DNA from: Candidatus Poseidoniaceae archaeon
GTDB taxonomy: Archaea > Thermoplasmatota > Poseidoniia > Poseidoniales > Poseidoniaceae
NCBI GenBank assembly: GCA_949373095.1
Contig: CASIBY010000001.1
Span: forward strand, 68,882-132,881
Length of the DNA: 64,000 bases
Direction: 5' to 3'
Part shown: in pieces, positions 44,894-54,592 of the stretch
How the letters are laid out: each line of letters opens with the position of its first letter
Position numbering within the stretch: the first letter of the stretch is position 1
Made by a program: the position numbers and the translations under genes
Notes under the pieces: model-generated
Told to the model about the DNA's origin: nothing
Databases searched by the model: none
Seen by the model: only the letters and a program-made list of their open reading frames with translations

Positions 44894-46118
44894 AATACGG
44901 GAGTTTACAAGTCATTTAAGGAAGATTTCGCTCAATAGCAGTACGTCCACGAGTTTTGAGACCAGTTGGGGAAACACGGGCCACATCTCAAATTTAGAGG
45001 GTGATATTGAAAGGCGCGCCTCCCTTCCTCAATTTGAGGAGGGGGGAACGATAGCAAAAATCATAGTGGCCGATGAAAATCAAGGACGTCGAGACCTCCT
45101 CGCTAATACCTTCCAGCGCGAAGGTCTTGATGTTACCAGAACACCAACATTAAGGCAAACAGAAGCGACAGCGCTCGCTACATTTCCCGATGTTCTCTTG
45201 CTCGAAAGTGAATGGAGCCAAGGGAGCGTTCTTGATGTCTGTCAAAAGATGAATAGCAACCCTAAATTCCGTAACAGTACCCGTATCGTTATCCTTTCTA
45301 GATCTATTACACCAGATTTTCTTTCTTCTGCTGCAATGGCTGGTGTAGCCGAAGTAATTGGCAAACCCATTGACATGAACCAACTCATCAGTCAAATGCA
45401 ACGCCACGCCTCAAAACAGTTCGTTGCCCCACCGGCAGAAGTAGCCCCCACTCAAGGAGGAGGGCTTGGCGGTCAACGTTTTGATGTCTCAATGACCATG
45501 AACGACAGTCAATGGGCGCTCCCCATGCTGAGGAGATTGGTAGAGGCAGGGAACATTGATGATGATTTTGTTCGTGACCTCCAAGTAGAAATGGGGAGAG
45601 CGGTGGAAGAGGAAGAAGACCCACTTCTTTCATCTGAAGACTTGACGACCATGGTTCGCCTTGCTCTAAACCGCCTCGTTGGGACCGAGGATTTGCAAGA
45701 GCAGTCATCAGAAGGAGCGGTCAAAGGCCCGTCATTTCGTTCCATTAGTAAAGGGGCAAGTCTCTCTACCGGGGCAAAACCGTCGCTTTCTTCCGAAGGA
45801 GGGCTTGGCGGTTCTATGGAAGATATCCTCGAAAAGCAAGCGCGAGAACTTGCGGCGGATGTAGAAGGGAAAATGGATGGCATTCTTGATGAAGAACCAG
45901 AATTCATTTCTCTTTTGACACAAGAGTCTCAATCTTATATCGATCCAGAAGCGCTTGTTATGACTCAACTCACAACTGAAGTCGTTCATGACTTACTCAA
46001 ATTGCTCAAGCGTCCTGGTGCCGTTTCCGACATAACGCTCCTTACACAAATTGAGGATGCTCTCGCTTTGACAGGTGATGTGTTGGAGGCTCTTCCGGTT
46101 AAGGAGGAAGAGGAATGA
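44859..46118 (+). CDS. CheY-like receiver-domain protein with Glu at the phospho-acceptor position plus uncharacterised C-terminal region
   Basis: KIIVADEN...PDVLLLESEW...IVILSRS...IGKPID follows the REC fold pattern (DD, D, T/S, K-P) with D replaced by E. The start is uncertain: there is no ATG before the domain, and the ORF-track TTG at 44859 overlaps the divergent channel gene. Confidence 0.6.
   Translation: METCVTDSASAIIREFTSHLRKISLNSSTSTSFETSWGNTGHISNLEGDIERRASLPQFEEGGTIAKIIVADENQGRRDLLANTFQREGLDVTRTPTLRQTEATALATFPDVLLLESEWSQGSVLDVCQKMNSNPKFRNSTRIVILSRSITPDFLSSAAMAGVAEVIGKPIDMNQLISQMQRHASKQFVAPPAEVAPTQGGGLGGQRFDVSMTMNDSQWALPMLRRLVEAGNIDDDFVRDLQVEMGRAVEEEEDPLLSSEDLTTMVRLALNRLVGTEDLQEQSSEGAVKGPSFRSISKGASLSTGAKPSLSSEGGLGGSMEDILEKQARELAADVEGKMDGILDEEPEFISLLTQESQSYIDPEALVMTQLTTEVVHDLLKLLKRPGAVSDITLLTQIEDALALTGDVLEALPVKEEEE
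46101..46114 (+). promoter_or_regulatory. Shine-Dalgarno cassette AAGGAGGAAGAGGA at a coupled ATGA junction
   Basis: The 14-mer is identical to the one at 36060-36073. It encodes ..VKEEEE* and is followed by ATGAAA of the MFS gene. Confidence 0.6.
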
Positions 46119-47374
46119 AAGATTCTATAGAGCAAAAGCATAAGGTCGCTTTCCGTGCTTTAATTGCTGCGTTTTTCGTCAACTTTCTCGGCTATGCTTT
46201 CATAGTACCAATCCTCCCTTCTTGGCAGAATCAGTTTGACATCAATGCAACACAAGCAACACTTCTGGTCTCTTTGTGGGCGGTTCCTATGTTTCTGATG
46301 GGTCCTCTCTCTGGGAGAATAACCGACCGATTCGGGGCGGGGACGACAATTTTGACCAGCCTCATTTTGTTGACACTATCAAGCGGAGTCTACTTGCTGG
46401 CCACCAACGAATGGTTGCCTCACCCCTTCCTCGCCCTATGCTTTGCTCGTTTACTCCACGGTGCTTCTGGTGCGACGATCATGACTGCAGGGTTAGCTGC
46501 AGCCTCTCAACTTTGGCCCACACGATTTGGAGAACAAGCTGGAAAATTACTCGGTATCGCCGCAATTGGGGGATTGCTAGGTCCAGTTTTTGGCGGTCTT
46601 CTGTTTGCTTGGGGCGAAGCATCAGCATTCGGTTTCCTCGCTTTGGTGACGTTTTCGGTAGTTCCTATCATCGTTTATGCTGGTCCATCCATCGGCAAAG
46701 GACAGGAGCCTTCTGTAGGAGGTGCTTCAGTCAAGGTATTTTTCACAGACCCAGTCTTGCTTCGAGTTGGAATCTTGTTAGCTATTACGACCATCGCTAC
46801 AGGGGCTCTAGAGGCGGGAGTTCCGTTGTTTTTAGACGATACACTGGGATTAAGTTCAGCTGAAATCGGCGGTGTGCTGTTGGTCATGGTCTTGATGCAA
46901 GGCCTTGGCTCACTCATTTGGGGTAAACTCGTTGACCGGAACGGACCCACTCGGTATATGATTCTCGGATGGTCGGTCGTTGTTGCTTCACTACTCGGAG
47001 TTGGCTTTGTAGGCTGGAAGTTTTCAGGAAACAATGCTGTTTTCGGAATGATTGTGCTTCTGGGAGCCTTCCAATTTTCAATTGCTGCCGCCCAAATCCC
47101 TATGCTTCCCATTATTGACACTGCAACAAACCGAGCACTTGGAGAAGGAAATCCTGGTTTGGCTTTTGGTGCATTTGGAACAGCGTGGGCAGCAGGCACC
47201 ATCCTTGGTCCTCTCATGGTCGGTCCTGTTTTCGACATATTCCAATCATGGGCACTTGCCCTTGGTGTGATTGCCCTGCCGGCCACTGTGGCATTGTTTA
47301 TCACGCTCAAAAACAGAGAAATGCTTCATGAATGTTACGATTCAGAGATGCAGCGACGCCTAGGGACAGATTGA
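46115..47374 (+). CDS. MFS transporter
   Basis: 419 aa, ~12 TM. MFS motif A-like GPLSGRITDRFG between TM2 and TM3. Confidence 0.8.
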   Translation: MKDSIEQKHKVAFRALIAAFFVNFLGYAFIVPILPSWQNQFDINATQATLLVSLWAVPMFLMGPLSGRITDRFGAGTTILTSLILLTLSSGVYLLATNEWLPHPFLALCFARLLHGASGATIMTAGLAAASQLWPTRFGEQAGKLLGIAAIGGLLGPVFGGLLFAWGEASAFGFLALVTFSVVPIIVYAGPSIGKGQEPSVGGASVKVFFTDPVLLRVGILLAITTIATGALEAGVPLFLDDTLGLSSAEIGGVLLVMVLMQGLGSLIWGKLVDRNGPTRYMILGWSVVVASLLGVGFVGWKFSGNNAVFGMIVLLGAFQFSIAAAQIPMLPIIDTATNRALGEGNPGLAFGAFGTAWAAGTILGPLMVGPVFDIFQSWALALGVIALPATVALFITLKNREMLHECYDSEMQRRLGTD

Positions 47375-47450
47375 TTTCTAGTTTCTTTTGGAAGGTTCAC
47401 CAAACATAGTATTGAAACGAAACGCTCCATAGCAGGGGTCAGGTGGCGCT

Positions 47451-50054
47451 ATGACTCAAGGTGAACTACCACAAATTTTCGGTGCAGTTTGGGATCCGGA
47501 AGAACCACTGAATTTTGTTCAGCCTCTCGTTCAAGATGCTGCTCGTTCGGAGGTTCTCTCGTTTGTCACACAACGACATGATGCACATCTTTTCCTTGTT
47601 GCTAACGTTTGGGATCACATGGTCAGCAACGAACCAAATCAGTTTGAAGGGCCGTCCTGGCATACCTTTTCAGAACGATTCTTGAGTGGTCTTGAACGAG
47701 GCATGAAGAAGCAAGCCACGACCACTCTAAAAGAGGAACTTGAGCGAGAAGTCATTCCCCGTCGCAGCATGGAACTTATGCTTGAGCGCCGGCGAACACA
47801 TTTCCTTATTGACATGCGTTTGATGCTCCGCCGTCTCGCCCACTACATGGCTATCACCGTGAATCATCGTATGGAATGGCAGCGATACATGACCCGAACT
47901 CGCCACCTTGACACTTCTCTCAAAGATCTGTTTACAGAAGGTGTTGAAACTCCGGATGGAGGAACCTTCGGGGGCAAAGGATTCCGGTCAACATGGCAGG
48001 AAGGCGTTGTAGCGGTTGCTACTGCTCTGAACCGACAGCCGGATGCACCTCGCGATGCTCGTCCTGGACAAGGATACGATGGCGACTTGGTTGCCCCAAT
48101 GATTCGAGATATTGGTCTCGGCCTTGCAATGGGTGATACAGCCCTTGACGTGATGGCTGCAAATCTTGGTAAAGCAGGCTCGAACCAAAACGGTGGATGG
48201 GAGAATGCAGGCGGTCGTGACCTTCACGTTGGTGCATGGCATGTTGGGGTTCTTCCACCGACCGCACCACTTCCAATCGCTAGCGTCACTATGACCGGGC
48301 TTGCCTTTGCAGCATGGCGTAAGGGCCTCAAGAGGTTTCACGTCGCTTGTATCGGCGAAGGTTCATCCTCTAGCGGAGAATTTTGGGAAGCCATGAATCT
48401 TGCAGGAGCCCGAGGCCTCCCCATCACCTACATCCTTCAGAACAATCAGATCGCTCTGGATACACCGCCTGCGAAACAGTCTGGTGTTGAACTATGGGCC
48501 GATAAAGCAGAAGCAATGGGCTTCCCCTCGTGGACTATTGACGGCTCAGACCCCGCAGCCTGGCACGCCTCTACAGCTGTAGCACGAGAATTTTCTCTTG
48601 CCGGTGGAGGGCCCACTCTCATTCATGTGGAAACCATGCGTGGCTGCGGCCACGCTCATCACCATGATGATTTGTATCTTGGGAACCCGAGCGGAACTCC
48701 TCCTGGTTATGTTGACCGTGACCTTCTTTCCTATTGGGAAGCAAAAGACCCGATACCAAACCATCGTAATTTGCTCTTGGATTTAGGGGTTGAAGAACAT
48801 GCCCTCGCCACAATGGAGGAAGAAGAACTTGAGCGTGTCAATACTGCACGAACTGCTCTTGATGAAATGGATTGGCCTCAGCCAGAAACCGTGACCAAAG
48901 GCGTAACTTCGATTCATGATGCGGACACCCATTTGGACCGTCAACACCGATATCAAGGCACGACGCGTCAACCTTCAATCGCAGGTCCTTTGGAACTCGG
49001 TAAAACTCAACTCGTTTATGCGGAAAAAGGGGGATGGACCTACGCTCGGGCCATCCAACAAGCGATGGCGGAGATTGCAACAACCTTCGGGGATGACTGT
49101 GTCTTTATCGGAGAAGACATGGAAGTTGCTGGTGCGTTTGGAATGAATATGGCTTTGAAAAATGCCGGACACGAAGACAAATTGGTTGACATGCCGTTGT
49201 GTGAGGCAGTGATCGTTCACACAGGGGTTGGCGCTGCATTGTCTGGAATGCGTCCAATGGTTGAAATTCAATTCGGAGGGTTCGCAGCATTAGGATTCAA
49301 TGCCCTCATCAATAACGCCTCAATGCTTCGTTGGCGATGGGGTGCTGATTGTCCGATGACCGTCCGTATCCCTCTCGGGGCTCGAACACGCTCTGGCCCG
49401 TTCCATGCTAACATGATTGAATCCTGGTTTGCAAATGACCCAGGTCTCATCGTTCTTGCTCCAGGGACTCCTCAAGACGCTTACGACCTTCTCGTTGAAG
49501 CCTCTCACCTTCCTGACCCTGTTTTGATGCTCGAACATATCGGACTTTACGGTCTGCGTGGCGGGCTGACCGGTTGGGGCATGAACATCAACCAACACGT
49601 GGACACAGAATCAGTGAAGAAGCGTATTGAATCTGGGGAAGACTTGGCCATCGGTCAAGCAAACGTTGTCAGAGGCGGCCGTGATGTAACCCTCGTCACA
49701 TGGGGAGCCATGGTTCACATTGCCTTGCAGGCTGCCGAAGCCCTCGCAAAGGAAGACATTGAAGTTGAAATTGTAGATTTGAGAACGCTGATTCCTTTTG
49801 ATTCAGCAACGTGCATACAATCCGTCCAGCGAACAAACCGACTGGTTATTCTCCAAGAGGGGCAATGGTCAGGTGGCCTTGGTCACACCGTACAGTCTCG
49901 GATTATGGAAGAGTGCTTTTACGACCTTGAGTCTGCTCCATGCGTCATTGGAGCATTGGATACGCCCGTCCCGTTCTCACCACCGTTGGAAAACCACACC
50001 ATTCCTTCTCTTGAGCACGTCATCACAATGCTTAGGGCATCGTTTCAATCCTGA
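47451..50054 (+). CDS. fused alpha-beta E1 component of a 2-oxoacid (pyruvate / branched-chain / acetoin) dehydrogenase
   Basis: 867 aa. ThDP-binding block CIGEGSSSSGEFWEAMNLAGARGLPITYILQNNQIA in the alpha part. Transketolase-like Pyr and C-terminal domains in the beta part (FIGEDMEVAGAFG..., VEIQFGGF, VDLRTLIPFD). Confidence 0.8.
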   Translation: MTQGELPQIFGAVWDPEEPLNFVQPLVQDAARSEVLSFVTQRHDAHLFLVANVWDHMVSNEPNQFEGPSWHTFSERFLSGLERGMKKQATTTLKEELEREVIPRRSMELMLERRRTHFLIDMRLMLRRLAHYMAITVNHRMEWQRYMTRTRHLDTSLKDLFTEGVETPDGGTFGGKGFRSTWQEGVVAVATALNRQPDAPRDARPGQGYDGDLVAPMIRDIGLGLAMGDTALDVMAANLGKAGSNQNGGWENAGGRDLHVGAWHVGVLPPTAPLPIASVTMTGLAFAAWRKGLKRFHVACIGEGSSSSGEFWEAMNLAGARGLPITYILQNNQIALDTPPAKQSGVELWADKAEAMGFPSWTIDGSDPAAWHASTAVAREFSLAGGGPTLIHVETMRGCGHAHHHDDLYLGNPSGTPPGYVDRDLLSYWEAKDPIPNHRNLLLDLGVEEHALATMEEEELERVNTARTALDEMDWPQPETVTKGVTSIHDADTHLDRQHRYQGTTRQPSIAGPLELGKTQLVYAEKGGWTYARAIQQAMAEIATTFGDDCVFIGEDMEVAGAFGMNMALKNAGHEDKLVDMPLCEAVIVHTGVGAALSGMRPMVEIQFGGFAALGFNALINNASMLRWRWGADCPMTVRIPLGARTRSGPFHANMIESWFANDPGLIVLAPGTPQDAYDLLVEASHLPDPVLMLEHIGLYGLRGGLTGWGMNINQHVDTESVKKRIESGEDLAIGQANVVRGGRDVTLVTWGAMVHIALQAAEALAKEDIEVEIVDLRTLIPFDSATCIQSVQRTNRLVILQEGQWSGGLGHTVQSRIMEECFYDLESAPCVIGALDTPVPFSPPLENHTIPSLEHVITMLRASFQS

Positions 50055-50059
50055 AGTGA

Positions 50060-50704
50060 CTACTTCTCAGGGAAGGTAAGTCGCTTGATGTCACAGGCAA
50101 ACCAGGCTCCAAGCACAGTAGAAGTTCCGTAAAATAGCAGACTCGCCCACAAGCCAGAAACAACGTTAGGGCCAAAGGTTCGTGCTGGATTCATACTTGC
50201 ACCAGTTGCTGGACCTGTGATGTATGCAAGAAGTCCAACGGTAACTCCAACCCATACGGCGAGAAGAACGATGGAAGGCTCAGTCCTTACAACCACAAAA
50301 ATACTGAGCATTAGAGCCATGGTGATCGTCACCTCAATCGCAAACGCTTCGATGAGTGAGAGGTGCGATGCGACAACCGTTGGACCTGCTCCGTTGAGTA
50401 TCATTGCTGCAGCAAGGGCTCCGGTCATCTGTCCAGCGATGTAGAGGAGAAGTTGACCGTTTTCCAGTTCCCCTTCTCTCCAAAAAGCAATAGACACTGC
50501 GGGATTAATGTGGGCTCCACTGAGATTTCCAAACAAGAGAATAGCGACCGTCACAGCGACTGCGAAAGTAAATGAAACCCAAGTATGGCTTGCTCCATAG
50601 TAAATGCTGCCACAGCCAACCCCGACCATTAACGCTGTGCCAAGGAATTCAAAGAACGCTTGGCGGCTCATGCTCTTGGCGAGTTGACCTCGTCTTGAAA
50701 TCAT
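50060..50704 (-). CDS. aquaporin / MIP-family channel
   Basis: Two NPA boxes (GAHINPAVS, GASMNPART). The likely true start is the ATG at 50671 (MSRQAFFEFLGT). Confidence 0.85.
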   Translation of the reverse strand: MISRRGQLAKSMSRQAFFEFLGTALMVGVGCGSIYYGASHTWVSFTFAVAVTVAILLFGNLSGAHINPAVSIAFWREGELENGQLLLYIAGQMTGALAAAMILNGAGPTVVASHLSLIEAFAIEVTITMALMLSIFVVVRTEPSIVLLAVWVGVTVGLLAYITGPATGASMNPARTFGPNVVSGLWASLLFYGTSTVLGAWFACDIKRLTFPEK

Positions 50705-50705
50705 T

Positions 50706-51902
50706 ATGCATCAATACAATGAGGACAACCATGCGAACGGTCAAGAAGGGTATTCACTTGGAAGGCTCATGGGGGGTGAGAAGAATGTCATGGGCATTCC
50801 ACAGTTGGTCCTCAGTAACACTCTTCTCATCAACGGAGCCTTGTTCCTCGGCCTTGTAGGGATTCATACGGGTATTGATGAGGTCCATTTGGACAGCATA
50901 CCAGTATCGATTACCCTTCTTGTATTGGCCATGGCATTGTTGATCAAATCTGCTGATTTTTTCATTGAAGGCGCCAAGGGTCTTGCGCATCGGGCAGGCC
51001 TTCCAGAGGTTGTTATTGGCCTAACTATTGTTTCAATAGGCACATCGCTTCCTGAAATATTGGTCACGACAACTTCTGCCGCAGACATGCGTTTCCGGGC
51101 AGGCGACCCACAATTTGCTGACTTTGCCTTGGGTGGAATTTTTGGCTCCGTTCTCGTTCAAATCACGTTTATTCTTGGCATCGTTGTGACGTTCCGAGGC
51201 GTAAAGGTTCGTCCATCTTGGATAAAAAGAGATGGAGTCATTATGCTCGCATCAATTCTTCTCCTCACCTTGTTCCTGAATACAGGGGGCGTGCTCAGCA
51301 GTCTTGAAGGATTAATTCTCGTGAGCCTTTACGCCGTGTACATCTATTGGCTATTATCAAATCGTGAAGAAATTATGCGTGAGGAAATGACAGAAGAGAA
51401 TCTCATAGAACGGGTGTCAAATTGGACTACTGCATCATATATCGTAATGGTGACACTCGGCCTTCTCTTAGCTCTTTTTGCTGCCCACCACCTGGTAGAG
51501 ATTGCTAGTGATATGGCTTATGAACTCAATGTTCCACATGCAGTTGTCGGAACTACCGTTTCAGGGTTAGGAACCTCTTTGCCTGAACTGACCATCGCCT
51601 TTATGGCTGCAAAACGAAGTGAAGGTGTTGCCATCGGTGCTCTCATCGGTTCTAACATCACAGACCCGCTGCTTTCAGTTGGACTTGCCGCCATGGTTTT
51701 CCCGCTATCGTTGACCAGCGAAGGATATCCATTGGCCATGCACCTCATCATCCCCGCAACCATTCTTGGAACCACTGTTGCACTCGGTATGATGCGTTCA
51801 CAATACGAATTCAAACGCTGGGAAGGTATTGCTCTCATTTTCTTTTATCTTATCTTTTTGGGACTACTTGTCGCACAACGGCAGGGTATTCTCGTCCTTT
51901 GA
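50706..51902 (+). CDS. Ca2+/Na+ antiporter (CaCA family, YrbG-like)
   Basis: Two alpha-repeat signatures, SIGTSLPE and GLGTSLPE, each in a 5-TM half. The start is uncertain (internal Met candidates at 50769 and 50790). Confidence 0.8.
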   Translation: MHQYNEDNHANGQEGYSLGRLMGGEKNVMGIPQLVLSNTLLINGALFLGLVGIHTGIDEVHLDSIPVSITLLVLAMALLIKSADFFIEGAKGLAHRAGLPEVVIGLTIVSIGTSLPEILVTTTSAADMRFRAGDPQFADFALGGIFGSVLVQITFILGIVVTFRGVKVRPSWIKRDGVIMLASILLLTLFLNTGGVLSSLEGLILVSLYAVYIYWLLSNREEIMREEMTEENLIERVSNWTTASYIVMVTLGLLLALFAAHHLVEIASDMAYELNVPHAVVGTTVSGLGTSLPELTIAFMAAKRSEGVAIGALIGSNITDPLLSVGLAAMVFPLSLTSEGYPLAMHLIIPATILGTTVALGMMRSQYEFKRWEGIALIFFYLIFLGLLVAQRQGILVL

Positions 51903-51962
51903 CGGGAGCAATCTTGGGTAGCGAATCCTAATCGCCTTAAGGGAGCGGCTCGTGGGAACATC

Positions 51963-53111
51963 ATGGTCGACTTCCAACTTGATGAGATGCAAACCATGCT
52001 CAAAGAACTCGCTCATGAGTTCGCAGTGGATGAAATTCGTCCTAACGCAGAACATTGGGACGAAGAATCAGTTTACCCGATTGATACCATCCGTCAAGCG
52101 CATGAGATGGGGTTGCTCAACCTTCACATCCCTGAAGCCTATGGGGGTGCAGGTCTTGGTTCCCTAGAGGAAGTACTCGTTAACGAAGAACTGGCATGGG
52201 GCGACCCTGGTTTTGCCACTGCAGCCTATGCTACCGCTCTTGCTTGTGCTCCTATCATCACTGGAGCAACTGAGGAGCAAAAGAACATCTGGCTTCGTAA
52301 AGTCACTGAAGAAGGAGCACTGGCTTCCTACGCAATCACGGAACCTGGGGCAGGTTCAGATGTAGCAGCGCTCAAAACCACAGCCATCAGAGATGGTGAT
52401 GAATACGTCCTGAATGGTTCAAAGATGTGGATCACTGGTGCAGGATATGCAGATTTCTTCTTCGTTCTGGCCAAAACAGACCCAGAAGCTGGCTACCGTG
52501 GTATGTCTGGTTTTATTGTGGAAAAGGACACTCCCGGATTTACTCTTGGAAAGAAAGAAATCAACATGGGGCAGCGATGCTCAGATACTCGTTCTCTTTC
52601 TTTTGACGATGTGAGGGTCCCAGCAAGTCACTTGATTGGAGACTCTGAATCCGGCGGATGGATGAATGCAATGAAAGCATTTGACATGAGCAGGCCCAAC
52701 ATCGCCGCACATGCAACAGGGCTCGGAAGGGCTGCATACGAACATGCCCTCAATTATTCGAACGAGCGTAAAACATTCGGTAAACCTCTCCACCAACATC
52801 AAGCGATACAATTTATGCTTGCGGACATGAAAACCAGTATTGAGGCATCAAGAATGCTCACATGGAAATCTGCCTCCGAGTTTGATAATGGAATTCGGAA
52901 TACTGAGTCTGCTGCACACGCTAAACGCTTTTCTGCCGACATGGCCATGAAAGTCACTACCGATGCGGTTCAAGTGTACGGTGGCTACGGTTACTCCGAG
53001 GAGTACCCTGTTGCCCGATTAATGCGTGGAGCAAAGGTTATGCAAATTTACGAAGGTTCTTCTCAAGTCCAACGGATGATTATCGGACGTGAAATCACAA
53101 AGGATTTCTAA
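51963..53111 (+). CDS. acyl-CoA dehydrogenase
   Basis: 382 aa. ITEPGAGSD, GSKMWITGA and YEGSSQVQRMIIGREI blocks. Confidence 0.9.
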   Translation: MVDFQLDEMQTMLKELAHEFAVDEIRPNAEHWDEESVYPIDTIRQAHEMGLLNLHIPEAYGGAGLGSLEEVLVNEELAWGDPGFATAAYATALACAPIITGATEEQKNIWLRKVTEEGALASYAITEPGAGSDVAALKTTAIRDGDEYVLNGSKMWITGAGYADFFFVLAKTDPEAGYRGMSGFIVEKDTPGFTLGKKEINMGQRCSDTRSLSFDDVRVPASHLIGDSESGGWMNAMKAFDMSRPNIAAHATGLGRAAYEHALNYSNERKTFGKPLHQHQAIQFMLADMKTSIEASRMLTWKSASEFDNGIRNTESAAHAKRFSADMAMKVTTDAVQVYGGYGYSEEYPVARLMRGAKVMQIYEGSSQVQRMIIGREITKDF

Positions 53112-53885
53112 TCAATCTAAGCCGCGAAGTAAAGCCTCTTCGATGTCCCAAACCTGATCCTCATCGTGGTGCCAAGGTGTATCTCGCTTATTGAATGCGA
53201 CCTCCTCTTTTCCATCAAACCACTCTTGGAAAATCATATGCTCATGTTCGTTTGCAGGAGCTTGGTCATCCTGCGCAAACATTTGTGTGATGCGGTCAGC
53301 ATCATATGTCATGTCGAGAAGCCGCTGATATGGTGTTCGAGGAGGATTAGGCTCATACTCTAATTCATCATGATAGTTCACCTCCTCGTTGTATATCACG
53401 CCTTCTTCAGTAAATTTGTACACGTCGAGGAGAGCGTCCCTTGGAGCGATGACAAATTGGGCGACTAAACCAATGCGTACTGCGGTTCTGCGGTCGTCCC
53501 TCAACCCTAGTGCAATCGTTGCAATTTGGTCTCCTATAGGGAGTTCTTTACTCCCGCGTTCCGTATATATGCAAAGTCGGACAGAATACTCGTTCAGAGC
53601 TAATAAATCTGTTTTACGAGGAGCCGCACGAATGTCAAAACTCCAAACAACTCCAGATTCCATTTCGCCTACCATATTCTCAAAAATAGTTTTTTCAGGC
53701 ACAGCTTCAAGAGAATACCACCGCCTTGAACTTCCTTTGATCCGTACCGATGGCAATCCGTTAGGGAGGGGATTCACCTCCATGTGGGGCGATGAATCAC
53801 ATATGGACTTGAGAAATTCAAGTCCACGGGCATGGGCAGTCCGTTGTTGGACAGACCATGATTGGGGCATCTTCCATACCTTCAT
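53112..53885 (-). CDS. hypothetical protein
   Basis: The ORF track gives 53112..54170, but the first ~95 codons overlap the divergent nucleotidyltransferase gene. ATG at 53885 (MKVWKMPQSW) gives 257 aa. Acidic C-terminus. No family recognised. Confidence 0.5.
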   Translation of the reverse strand: MKVWKMPQSWSVQQRTAHARGLEFLKSICDSSPHMEVNPLPNGLPSVRIKGSSRRWYSLEAVPEKTIFENMVGEMESGVVWSFDIRAAPRKTDLLALNEYSVRLCIYTERGSKELPIGDQIATIALGLRDDRRTAVRIGLVAQFVIAPRDALLDVYKFTEEGVIYNEEVNYHDELEYEPNPPRTPYQRLLDMTYDADRITQMFAQDDQAPANEHEHMIFQEWFDGKEEVAFNKRDTPWHHDEDQVWDIEEALLRGLD

Positions 53886-53958
53886 GACGGATTTTATGGT
53901 TGACTCTATTTGAAGAAAAAGAGGAAAAGGCAATTTGTTAGCAACGGTTGGAACCATC

Positions 53959-54558
53959 ATGGCTCGCTCTGTACCTGGAATAATACTCGCCGCAGGGGCA
54001 AGTTCTCGACTAGGTGAACCGAAATCACTGGTTGACATTGCAGGCTCGCCATTGATACGGTGGGCATATGAACATCTGAAGAAGGCAGGGTGTGAACCTA
54101 TCGTCGTAGTTACTCGTGCTGAACTATCAGTTGATGTGCTTTTAGCGGTTCCAGATGCGATTGTGAGCATTAACTCGCATCCCGAAACGGGAAGAACTGG
54201 TAGCCTTCAAAATGGAATCTCGTCGCTTCATTCTGAACTTGGTCGGTTACCTCGGAAGTTGGTCATGGCGCCTGTAGACCGGCCCGGTTGGAACGCAACG
54301 CTCGTGAAGGCTCTGATGGAACATGAAGCACCGGTATGCCCCGTGCATCAAGGAAGGAAAGGTCACCCAGTAGTCCTCTCTACAGCTGACCTTGAACGCA
54401 TTCTTTCTGCTCAAAGCACTACGCCTTTACGGGACATTGTTTCTTTTCAAGAAGTGCCTGTTGATGGACCGTGGCTCCACTTGAACATCGATACACCTGA
54501 ATCGCTTCGCAACTTGCACGAAGAAGCGACAGAACTGCACGCCTATTTCCAACAATGA
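53959..54558 (+). CDS. MobA/MocA-like nucleotidyltransferase (molybdenum cofactor cytidylyl/guanylyl-transferase family)
   Basis: ATG at 53959. GIILAAGASSRLGEPKSL (LAGGxSxRMG-type motif) and DRPG block. Confidence 0.75.
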   Translation: MARSVPGIILAAGASSRLGEPKSLVDIAGSPLIRWAYEHLKKAGCEPIVVVTRAELSVDVLLAVPDAIVSINSHPETGRTGSLQNGISSLHSELGRLPRKLVMAPVDRPGWNATLVKALMEHEAPVCPVHQGRKGHPVVLSTADLERILSAQSTTPLRDIVSFQEVPVDGPWLHLNIDTPESLRNLHEEATELHAYFQQ

Positions 54559-54592
54559 CAAGGGATATGAGGGCAAGCCGTGAGGGAGGAAC

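Noticed and set aside
46276-47310. 195-aa plus-strand and 211-aa minus-strand ORFs inside the MFS transporter gene.
   Set aside because: They are fully nested in the MFS ORF, with arginine/proline-rich translations typical of off-frame reads of hydrophobic genes.
53886-54170. N-terminal 95 codons of the 352-aa minus-strand ORF overlapping the MocA-like gene.
   Set aside because: They overlap the conserved N-terminal nucleotide-binding motif of the plus-strand gene. An internal ATG at 53885 removes the conflict.
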